From positions 124,001-188,000 of the IMG/VR virus record IMGVR_UViG_3300047548_001236: a stretch of 64,000 bases of DNA; one strand, written 5' to 3'. Every line of letters starts with the position of its first letter. Positions within the stretch are counted from its first letter, which is position 1. The notes under the pieces are model-generated. The model searched no databases. It was not told the DNA's origin and saw only the letters and a list, made by a program, of their open reading frames with translations. Position numbers and translations under genes: made by a program. Shown here in pieces: positions 56,908-64,000 of this stretch.

Positions 56908-57762
56908 TTGTTTTATCTATATGTAAAAACTCACAACATCACTGGTCTTAAATATTTGGGGCAAACATCGTCGACCAATCCTCACGCCTATAAGGGTTCG
57001 GGTGTGTTTTGGAGAAGGCATCTCCAAAAGTATGGGTCAGACTTTTCAACTCAAATTTTATTAGCAACAGATGACAAAGACGAATTAAAAGCAACAGGAG
57101 AGTTTTTCAGTAGACTGTGGGGAGTGGTTCGAAATAGACAGTGGGCTAACCTTAAAGAGGAATCAGGCGACGGTGGTTGGGATCACATTAACAACTTCCC
57201 AGATCTTTACAGAGAACAGCGCAAGAAAAATATGTCTGCTGTCGGTTCGCAAAACAAAGACACAGTTGCTATTGTTGATCAGTGTGGGTCGAAAAGACGT
57301 GTACCAGTAGATGTGTTCAGAGCAAATGTAGGGGACTTGAAAGGCCACACGACAGGTATGTTTGCAGCATATGATGAAAACGGCAATATGCATTACGTGT
57401 CGTCGTCCGATCCACTATTTTCCTCAGGTGTCTTAAAAAGTAACAATAAGGGAAAGATTTATATAACAGACGGGAATACCTACAAACTTGTCCATCCAAA
57501 CGATGGCATACCAGAGGGTTGGCACCTCGGTGAAAACAGAACACGTCCCAACAATAACAAGGTATGGGTAACTAACGCTCTAGGCGAATCAAAGATGGTG
57601 TTCCGGGATAAGATTGAAGACGGTTGGGTATTAGGCAGAAAGTATACACAAAAACACCCTCGTGCGAAAACAAAGTGGGTTAACGACGGAATACGCAATT
57701 ATCGGATACCCGCAGACCAAAAATTATATAACGGATGGTCTGCGGGTAAAATAAAGGGTTGA
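56908..57762 (+). CDS. Free-standing GIY-YIG (Seg-like) homing endonuclease, opposite to the surrounding operon
   Basis: FYLYVKTH...KYLGQT...YKGSG...W motifs, and three C-terminal (W/Y)xxDG...GW repeats. Confidence 0.85.
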   Translation: MFYLYVKTHNITGLKYLGQTSSTNPHAYKGSGVFWRRHLQKYGSDFSTQILLATDDKDELKATGEFFSRLWGVVRNRQWANLKEESGDGGWDHINNFPDLYREQRKKNMSAVGSQNKDTVAIVDQCGSKRRVPVDVFRANVGDLKGHTTGMFAAYDENGNMHYVSSSDPLFSSGVLKSNNKGKIYITDGNTYKLVHPNDGIPEGWHLGENRTRPNNNKVWVTNALGESKMVFRDKIEDGWVLGRKYTQKHPRAKTKWVNDGIRNYRIPADQKLYNGWSAGKIKG

Positions 57763-58449
57763 TCAACCAAACTTACGTGTAATCGCGTCGTGGATCTGTT
57801 CAGAATCGCTTAAATCCACATCGATGTAGTCAAGTTCTCCGAGACACACAAACACAGTACGACCGAACTGATAAGCCATGCTGTGATGCCAATGACCAAA
57901 AAAATGAAAGTCGGGCTGGTGTGCATCAAACATAGCCTGAAACGCTTGACCAGTCCGCGTATTGATCTTCTTGGCGTTTGGACCACCGATTGCCAAACCT
58001 GTCTGCACGAACATTTCATACGTTACGTCTGTGGGACCGTCGTGTGTAATCATGACACGAGGTTGAACGGTAACATAGACGTCGTAAAGACGATTAAGCT
58101 GCTCAATAGACAGCTCTTCATCTCGCCACCAGTCGAACCCCTCACGGCGATAAGCCCAATCGATAGACCACGCACCACCAATGAACATTACGTCGTTTTC
58201 GATCGTACCGTCGTTGATAAACCCAGGCATCTGTTTGCATCGAGCTGGATTGTCGTGATTACCACGGATAAACCGATGCTGTGGATTTACCGTTTGCCAA
58301 TCTGTGACACTCTCGTGCCAGTAGTCGCCAGCAAAGCCAATTCCAAAGTCCCCTACCTGAATCGTGGGACCTTTGAAATCAGCAATACTGTAGGCCTGAT
58401 AATCATAAATCTTGCCGTGAATGTCGCCGATTAGTCTTGTCAGTTTCAT
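57763..58449 (-). CDS. Calcineurin-like metallophosphoesterase
   Basis: GDIHG, VGDFG, GNHD, TH and GHWH motifs. Confidence 0.9.
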   Translation of the reverse strand: MKLTRLIGDIHGKIYDYQAYSIADFKGPTIQVGDFGIGFAGDYWHESVTDWQTVNPQHRFIRGNHDNPARCKQMPGFINDGTIENDVMFIGGAWSIDWAYRREGFDWWRDEELSIEQLNRLYDVYVTVQPRVMITHDGPTDVTYEMFVQTGLAIGGPNAKKINTRTGQAFQAMFDAHQPDFHFFGHWHHSMAYQFGRTVFVCLGELDYIDVDLSDSEQIHDAITRKFG

Positions 58450-58664
58450 TTGTTTTTACTCAAACTCACGTTGACGACAAGACAGAATTCTGCCTTGTCA
58501 GATAGATTGTAGTAGTACTGGACATGATTGACCCAGCCACCTGCTTTATCTGAGTCGATGAATTCACCGACTCGTGGGATGTGTAGAGGGTCGTCGACAC
58601 AGAATTTGTTATTGGTCATCCCATATTGATCATTCTCGAAAATCCACATGCGTGTACGGGGCAT
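58446..58664 (-). CDS. Hypothetical protein
   Basis: Coupled on both sides. Confidence 0.6.
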   Translation of the reverse strand: MPRTRMWIFENDQYGMTNNKFCVDDPLHIPRVGEFIDSDKAGGWVNHVQYYYNLSDKAEFCLVVNVSLSKNK

Positions 58665-59030
58665 TCAATTCCCCGTATGCTTGAGATAGTTGATCAGCAA
58701 GCCCTCAATGTTGCGCTTGCCAATCGGGTTCTTGCTGTGAACGGTGAACTGGAAATTCTCGGGAATCTTCCACTTTCCGTCCATATCACCTTCGACGATC
58801 TTCTGAACGATTTCGTAACCATTCAGAGTGACTTCCTCGGGGCCCAGATCATGATCGAAGCTGATGAACTCAGGCATACCGTAGGTTTCGATCAGGTTCA
58901 TGACCTCGGGCCAGTCACGAGCGACGAACCAATCGTCGCGGACGCCATACCAATCAGCCCACGTGGCATCCGACGGCCAGCGCTCATCATCGATAAACAG
59001 ATTGTACGACATTTCAGTTGTCTCCCTCAC
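58665..59030 (-). CDS. Cyclic-phosphate-processing receiver-like domain protein
   Basis: LFIDDER, ISFDHDLG, GYE and VHSKNPIG motifs. Confidence 0.7.
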   Translation of the reverse strand: MRETTEMSYNLFIDDERWPSDATWADWYGVRDDWFVARDWPEVMNLIETYGMPEFISFDHDLGPEEVTLNGYEIVQKIVEGDMDGKWKIPENFQFTVHSKNPIGKRNIEGLLINYLKHTGN

Positions 59031-59233
59031 TTGCGCTTCTTGAGATCTTCGAACGTGAAGATCTTACCGTTGATCGTATGCTCACCACGGATCAACGTGG
59101 CGAACGCCATCGGCCACTGACCGATCGATTTGCAAGCACGCTCAGCAAAGTCTGCTGCGTGCTCAGCATTGTTGCCTTCAGCAACCTTGTACGAACCTTC
59201 TTTGAACATGGCGTAGACGTCGTAGGTCATCAT
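59027..59233 (-). CDS. Hypothetical protein
   Basis: AGGAG RBS. First gene after an early promoter. Confidence 0.6.
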   Translation of the reverse strand: MMTYDVYAMFKEGSYKVAEGNNAEHAADFAERACKSIGQWPMAFATLIRGEHTINGKIFTFEDLKKRK

Positions 59234-59256
59234 GATCTCCTGTTTCCGTGAACAAG

Positions 59257-59284
59257 ATATAGTGCCTACGACGTCTACTGTCAA
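59257..59284 (-). promoter_or_regulatory. Early promoter TTGAC-N17-CTATAT
   Basis: Exact match to the repeated motif. Confidence 0.75.
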
Positions 59285-59299
59285 CCAGCTTTGTTGGGA

Positions 59300-59554
59300 T
59301 TATTCCATCCCAAGAGCAGCCATGTACATGGTAAGGACCGCCTCTTCTTCTTGACGTGCTTCGCGGCTCTTCTTACGCAGAGCGACAATCTTACGCATCA
59401 CCTTGGTATCGTATCCACGACCTTTGGCTTCGGCCATCAGATCTTTTTGCTGCTCAGCAATGTCTGCTTTTTCCATGGCAAGCTGTTCATAGCGTTCGAT
59501 AAACTGAGCCAGCTCTTCGGCAGTCACATTATAGGCATCGGTAGAATCACTCAT
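59300..59554 (-). CDS. gapR: GapR/DUF2312 nucleoid-associated protein homologue
   Basis: VTAEELAQFIERYEQL...AEAKGRGYDTKVMRKIVALRK...EEEAVL..Y..ALGM matches the DUF2312 pattern throughout. Confidence 0.9.
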   Translation of the reverse strand: MSDSTDAYNVTAEELAQFIERYEQLAMEKADIAEQQKDLMAEAKGRGYDTKVMRKIVALRKKSREARQEEEAVLTMYMAALGME

Positions 59555-59876
59555 TCTCATCTCCTTTAGTTATGTCATTGAGTTCGATCGTAGCAGAAAC
59601 AGCCGCATCTAGCTGTTCCCTAGTTTCAGAAAGCGCTACACAGCTCCACAGTTGTTCAAACGTCAAACCGCTAAAAAACGCATTGCCAATTGAACTGCCA
59701 ATGTAGTTGTAGTCTGTGATTTCATGTTCCATTGTGGTAGTTTTTTCCTTTGAGAAACACATTCCAATGATGCCTTGCTAGCGCATCACACTCCCTTGCA
59801 TCTGATTGATTCTCACAATATCCAGACGCGTGTAACCACACAAACGCCCGAAATAGATGAGGAATACGGAATAACA

Positions 59877-60320
59877 TCATTTGTGAAGCGAGAACTTGCG
59901 TAGAAGAGCGTTGGCGTAGACGTCTTGTTCTTTGTTTGGCACAAAGATGTATGCACACGTGTCGAGAGGAATGTGATGAACGACTTCACCATCAACGATC
60001 GGATATGTCGGATCGTGAACAACAGAAGCAATATATCCCATTGCTTTGAAGATGTCGACGACAGGATAGAATTCCGTCATCCGACCTTCCAGCGTGAGAA
60101 CGGTTCCGAACCCTTGTGAGGTTTCACGTTCCCATTCGTTGAATGCGTTGATGGTCGTTACAGACTCTCCCATGTTGACAGGATTGCCGTTAACCTCCTG
60201 GCAAAACACGTTGTAGTGTTTGACGAATGCATTTGATGCATGAGATCCCTGTGCGATAGCTTTTCCAGCATTCATAGAAGCTAGATCGTTACGCATCAGG
60301 ATGTAAAGTACGTGAGTCAT
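59877..60320 (-). CDS. Peptidyl-tRNA hydrolase type II-like protein
   Basis: ILMRNDL..MNAGKAIAQGSHA, the PTH2 signature. Confidence 0.7.
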   Translation of the reverse strand: MTHVLYILMRNDLASMNAGKAIAQGSHASNAFVKHYNVFCQEVNGNPVNMGESVTTINAFNEWERETSQGFGTVLTLEGRMTEFYPVVDIFKAMGYIASVVHDPTYPIVDGEVVHHIPLDTCAYIFVPNKEQDVYANALLRKFSLHK

Positions 60321-60691
60321 GGTTGTTCCTTTTTGTTAGCAAGAGCTGTCATGATATTCGACCAAATGCTGACCATCAACATGAATGAGAAGAATCCAGC
60401 AAGAAAAACATATCCGTCCATGTAGATCTTGAACAAGAAAACGCCTGTAATAGCGTTAACAAGCGCTTGAAGCATGTGGTTGCGGTATGCTTCGGTATCC
60501 CTTTTGGTGCCATGGAACTTGTCTGGATTCAGTAAGACTCCTGCGGCCGCGATCATCATCAAAGCATTGAACCACAGGTAGGCGAAAGAAATGTAGACTA
60601 ACCACCAAAACCAAGCACTGCTAGCCGGGGCAAAGCCAATGGCCAAAGCAACGGCTGCAATCACATAACGCAAGTCTCTATTATCCAACAA
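60317..60691 (-). CDS. Membrane protein
   Basis: Several hydrophobic segments. AGGAG RBS. Confidence 0.65.
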   Translation of the reverse strand: MLDNRDLRYVIAAVALAIGFAPASSAWFWWLVYISFAYLWFNALMMIAAAGVLLNPDKFHGTKRDTEAYRNHMLQALVNAITGVFLFKIYMDGYVFLAGFFSFMLMVSIWSNIMTALANKKEQP

Positions 60692-60717
60692 CTATCTCCT
60701 TAGGTATGGGAGGCTGC

Positions 60718-61674
60718 TTACGCAGCCTCCGCCATTTCCACTGCCAGATTCAGAGCGTCCAGCTTCTTCTTTGCGCCTTGACCAAACCACGCGCTGGTCA
60801 TACGCGAGTCGTTCGAGCGACCCAGTTCGTGATCGACCGCATACGTGACAGCGTTGAACGCTTGCCACCAGCTGCCCTTCTGGAAGTCTGCACCAGGCTG
60901 AGTCTCAATCAGCTCCAGCATTTTCTCGCCCGTACGAGTCAGCTTCTTGTCTTCCTTCTTCGACTCACCAAACAGGTTGCCGTAGTAGGTTTCCAGATCA
61001 GGCTTGGTGAACTGCTTCGAGCCGAGGAATTCAGCAGCTTCCTTGAACGACTCCAGCTTGTTGTGCGACAGACCGAGCACCTTCTTGACCTGATTGGCGT
61101 CAAACTTGGTGCGGTGGTTAATCTTGACCGAAGGCTGACCCTTTTCGTTCAGCGCCACAGCGATCGTGTTGTTGCAGACCACACGAGTCAGTACGAACTT
61201 GACGTCGATCGAACGACCGTACTGGTGCGGGTTGGAGAACAGCAGATAGCCTTTCACTTCATCGCCGTTGAACAGGCTGAACCCATCCCGAACGTCTGCC
61301 AGCGCCCAAACGATCTGACCGTCTTTCAGCGATCCGGCGGTGTCCATGATCATGTCACCAGCCTTGACGAAATCGGTGAAGAAGTCGAACGCTTCGCTGT
61401 TCTGCACCGGATTCCAGCCAGGACCGACTTCGGTCAGAACCTTGCCGTCGGTTTCGCGAACCAGAGCCTGACGACCGGTTTCGACCATCTTACCGTTCCA
61501 TTCCAGGAACGTGTCGACTTTGACGACGTCCCAGTCAAGCCCAGCAGCTTTCATCATCTGTTCGGGAGTCATGTCGTCGCCGACCGGAGTGCCGAGACCG
61601 TGCCACGGCTTGCCCTTCGAAACGCGATAAGCCATCTGAGCTTGACCGTTGATGATTTCCAGTTCGTGTGCCAT
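60718..61674 (-). CDS. DUF932-family phage/plasmid protein
   Basis: MAHEL...PWHGLG, PVQNSEAFDFF, TAGSL, RVVCNNT and WWQAFNAVT motifs. Confidence 0.85.
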   Translation of the reverse strand: MAHELEIINGQAQMAYRVSKGKPWHGLGTPVGDDMTPEQMMKAAGLDWDVVKVDTFLEWNGKMVETGRQALVRETDGKVLTEVGPGWNPVQNSEAFDFFTDFVKAGDMIMDTAGSLKDGQIVWALADVRDGFSLFNGDEVKGYLLFSNPHQYGRSIDVKFVLTRVVCNNTIAVALNEKGQPSVKINHRTKFDANQVKKVLGLSHNKLESFKEAAEFLGSKQFTKPDLETYYGNLFGESKKEDKKLTRTGEKMLELIETQPGADFQKGSWWQAFNAVTYAVDHELGRSNDSRMTSAWFGQGAKKKLDALNLAVEMAEAA

Positions 61675-61711
61675 TTGTGTGTTCCTCTGTGTTTGATTTC
61701 TGATATGACTG

Positions 61712-61739
61712 ATATAGCTGCTCACAAGCAGCAGGTCAA
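61712..61739 (-). promoter_or_regulatory. Early promoter TTGAC-N17-CTATAT
   Basis: Exact match to the repeated motif. Confidence 0.75.
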
Positions 61740-62260
61740 CTCCTATTCACAACATTTTTTGCAGCTTCGCGGAAGCTCATACCGTTTTTGTACAGAGCTT
61801 CGACTTGTGCAATCATCTTCTTCGCAACTGCAAGCGCAGGCGAAGGTTTGCCACACACTTTCAGAGCTTCGACGAGAGCTTCACGAGCGTTGTCGACGCG
61901 GTTCTTCGTATAGCCGTTTTCACCTGTGATGTCGTCCCAGTCGAGACCTTCGGCAGGATACTGCCACACGGGCATGTCCAGGTTCGCGACGAAGTCTTTG
62001 GCGACGTCGTCAAACGTCTTATCGATCACCATCTGATACACCTGATCGATAGTGAATGCTTTTGCGAACTCTTGCCCAACGAAAGCTGCATCACGTGCAT
62101 CATCGAAGCGAGCGATTGTCACCATCGAATAGATCCCCTTGCCACGAGTCGCCTGAGCATAGGCCGAGTAAGCCCGGATCTTCGGGTTGACAGCAGTGAA
62201 TTTATATGCATTCAGCGAGTCTTGGATCGGGGAAAGTTCGAGGCCATTACGGTCATACAT
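61736..62260 (-). CDS. Hypothetical protein
   Basis: AGGAG RBS and its own promoter. Confidence 0.7.
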   Translation of the reverse strand: MYDRNGLELSPIQDSLNAYKFTAVNPKIRAYSAYAQATRGKGIYSMVTIARFDDARDAAFVGQEFAKAFTIDQVYQMVIDKTFDDVAKDFVANLDMPVWQYPAEGLDWDDITGENGYTKNRVDNAREALVEALKVCGKPSPALAVAKKMIAQVEALYKNGMSFREAAKNVVNRS

Positions 62261-62285
62261 GTTAGATCTCCTTCTTGTGAGGAAG

Positions 62286-62313
62286 ATATAGTACAGAGAG
62301 CACGTTTTGACAA
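62286..62313 (-). promoter_or_regulatory. Early promoter TTGTC-N17-CTATAT
   Basis: One mismatch to the repeated motif. Confidence 0.7.
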
Positions 62314-62490
62314 CTAGTCTTTTGATAAAATCAGACCAGATTCTGTTAGTTGAACACGAATGGTATCACCTTCTTGTAGACCGAGATACTGGACGATCTC
62401 GTCGGGAATAACCATGTTAACGTTATCGGGATCTCCAGGGATCTCCTGGAAGATCTCTTCGACCTTCCAGGATTTATTTTTCACGCTCAT
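62314..62490 (-). CDS. Small AbrB/MazE-like DNA-binding protein
   Basis: MVIPDEIVQYLGLQEGDTIRV, a swapped-hairpin pattern. Starts MSVKNK and follows the upstream stop. Confidence 0.55.
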   Translation of the reverse strand: MSVKNKSWKVEEIFQEIPGDPDNVNMVIPDEIVQYLGLQEGDTIRVQLTESGLILSKD

Positions 62491-62491
62491 A

Positions 62492-63049
62492 TCAGTTACC
62501 TGCCGGACGGAGTTGCATGGGTTGTTCGATGCCGGTTTCAAACGCTTCATCAGCGCGGGCAGTCGACACGATTTGGTATTCATCAAGATCGATTCGCGGA
62601 TACCCAGCAACGCTCATCCATGTACCTTGCCAGAACGAACCGAGGGAGGTTTCGTAGATACGCTTCTGGTCAACCAGCTTGGTTTGAGCAGCAGCAAACT
62701 CAATGCGACCAGCTTCAATCATACGTTGCAGTTGAACGTAAACAGTCGAATCAATCTGAGGGTTTTGCTCTTGGATGAATTGGAACACAGCTCGCGATCC
62801 ATCTTTCCCATAGCGACCTTCCAAAGCAGCGGTGACAACAGCGGTCAGGTCATCACGTTGCATTGCTGGAACCTGAGCAGCTTCTGCTACACGATTACCA
62901 TATTGAGCAAGAATGTTGCGGTTGTTTTCATCCGTGGCAACGATCGACCGTTCCATGCGGTTTGCGGTATTGTAGGCTGAGATGTAGCTGACCGCACCAG
63001 TACCCACGAAGGCTCCGAGAACGATAGCAGCAATAAGACCAGTCTTCAT
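62492..63049 (-). CDS. Exported, LemA-like membrane-anchored protein
   Basis: N-terminal hydrophobic helix followed by a helical domain. AGGAG RBS. Confidence 0.55.
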   Translation of the reverse strand: MKTGLIAAIVLGAFVGTGAVSYISAYNTANRMERSIVATDENNRNILAQYGNRVAEAAQVPAMQRDDLTAVVTAALEGRYGKDGSRAVFQFIQEQNPQIDSTVYVQLQRMIEAGRIEFAAAQTKLVDQKRIYETSLGSFWQGTWMSVAGYPRIDLDEYQIVSTARADEAFETGIEQPMQLRPAGN

Positions 63050-63067
63050 TTTGTTTCTCCTTGATGA

Positions 63068-64000
63068 TCAATAACGGTTGTATCGGTTAAACGGCATCTT
63101 GCCGTCTCTGATGTCATTTCTGGTCAGAAAGATAGTAGTGACAGGAGTGATGATCAACAGAATAATACCAGCAATCACATACAGCCACGTCGGAGGAGGA
63201 ATATCATCAGCCAGGTATTCGAAGTCACTCATGTCTTGCATGACGAAGTGTTGAGTAACTGCGCTCTTAATTACATCGTTGATGCGAACGGGATCGATTG
63301 TACCGATCGCGAGAATCTCGTCGCGAATAACAATGTCGACCATCTCGTTCTCGCTCCAGCTACGAACATCGACCCATTGAATACGATTTTGTTCAACACC
63401 GATGGAAACGACCACATCGTTGATGTTGTGAGCGTCCCACGCCTGGGCGAGACCTTCTGCCCAGTTCTGATCCCCACTAACAACGTTAATGATCACATTT
63501 GCGCGGGTGTTGCGGATCTCTGAGTTCAGCACGGACAGATCTTCATTCCATTGTTCCACCGTTTCCGAGTCGGCTTGTACACCGAAGTAGATCACACGGC
63601 GAGACTTATAGTAGTCGTACGTGCTAGGATATGCAATCGGTGGGACGTCTTCCAGCTTTTGGTTGAACAGGGTATCTGCTGCACCTTTAATGTAGTTGGA
63701 ATACGACACTTCCATCGTAACAGGATCACCGAGTTCAATCTCTGCAAAGCGAGGAGGAGTGATTGTGCCCTGAGCATCGACTCGGCGAATCTCATATGAC
63801 GAAGGAATATCAGACGAAACGAAGTAGCGAATCTCCCACGGATAGACTGAACGATATTGAGTCTTATACCGCGGCGTGCACGTCCTTTTCCCTTTTGAAT
63901 CTGTTGTACATGTTTGACCATCCCGTACTTGACGGGTTTGTTGATTTGTACAGAAACTATCAGGCCAGTCACGCCAAAACTGGTTGCACGATTCCCGTTG
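63068..64000 (-). CDS. Membrane protein with a Cys-rich periplasmic part, 5'-truncated by the window
   Basis: Frame is open to 64000 (QRESCNQF...). C-terminal TM helix WLYVIAGIILLII. Confidence 0.65.
   Translation of the reverse strand, partial: QRESCNQFWRDWPDSFCTNQQTRQVRDGQTCTTDSKGKRTCTPRYKTQYRSVYPWEIRYFVSSDIPSSYEIRRVDAQGTITPPRFAEIELGDPVTMEVSYSNYIKGAADTLFNQKLEDVPPIAYPSTYDYYKSRRVIYFGVQADSETVEQWNEDLSVLNSEIRNTRANVIINVVSGDQNWAEGLAQAWDAHNINDVVVSIGVEQNRIQWVDVRSWSENEMVDIVIRDEILAIGTIDPVRINDVIKSAVTQHFVMQDMSDFEYLADDIPPPTWLYVIAGIILLIITPVTTIFLTRNDIRDGKMPFNRYNRY

Noticed and set aside
60706-61929. 407-aa plus-strand ORF, and similar long antisense ORFs such as 53710-54456, 21570-22229, 44203-44739 and 51242-51862
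   Set aside because: These are shadows of recognisable genes on the opposite strand, with no RBS or motifs.
1-64000. tRNA/rRNA genes, integrase, or additional VR copies
   Set aside because: None were recognised by eye. A tRNAscan run and a TR-seeded search of the whole genome are needed to exclude them.

Overview
Head, tail and packaging region of a large T4-like myovirus. It carries gp13-gp23 homologues and TATAAATA late promoters. The host is probably an alphaproteobacterium, judged from a GapR homologue and TTGAC-N17-CTATAT early promoters. Positions 1-35.3 kb are an unusually large baseplate/fibre/adhesin block. Positions 35.8-52 kb are the conserved neck, terminase, sheath, tube, portal and capsid genes. 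Positions 53.5-64 kb are small minus-strand early genes. The main finding is a diversity-generating retroelement (DGR) at 24.5-28.6 kb. One 107-bp template repeat (27111-27217) and a DGR-type reverse transcriptase serve two tandem C-type-lectin-like adhesin genes (VR1 25369-25475, VR2 26876-26982). Mismatches to the template fall at adenines in 18 of 19 and 15 of 16 cases. Both VRs are followed by a near-identical nested hairpin. TR and RT sit behind a T4 late promoter, the TR lies in an ORF translationally coupled to the RT, and no avd gene is visible. Other notable items: a large terminase fractured by an atypically split intein with a GIY-YIG endonuclease between the halves, an extra terminase-ATPase paralogue, and a homing endonuclease insertion that left a decayed duplicate of its neighbour's 3' end. 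There is also an LRR protein in the structural block, a palindromic bidirectional late promoter and an antisense sigma70 promoter. All alignments and counts were done by eye, and no database searches were run.
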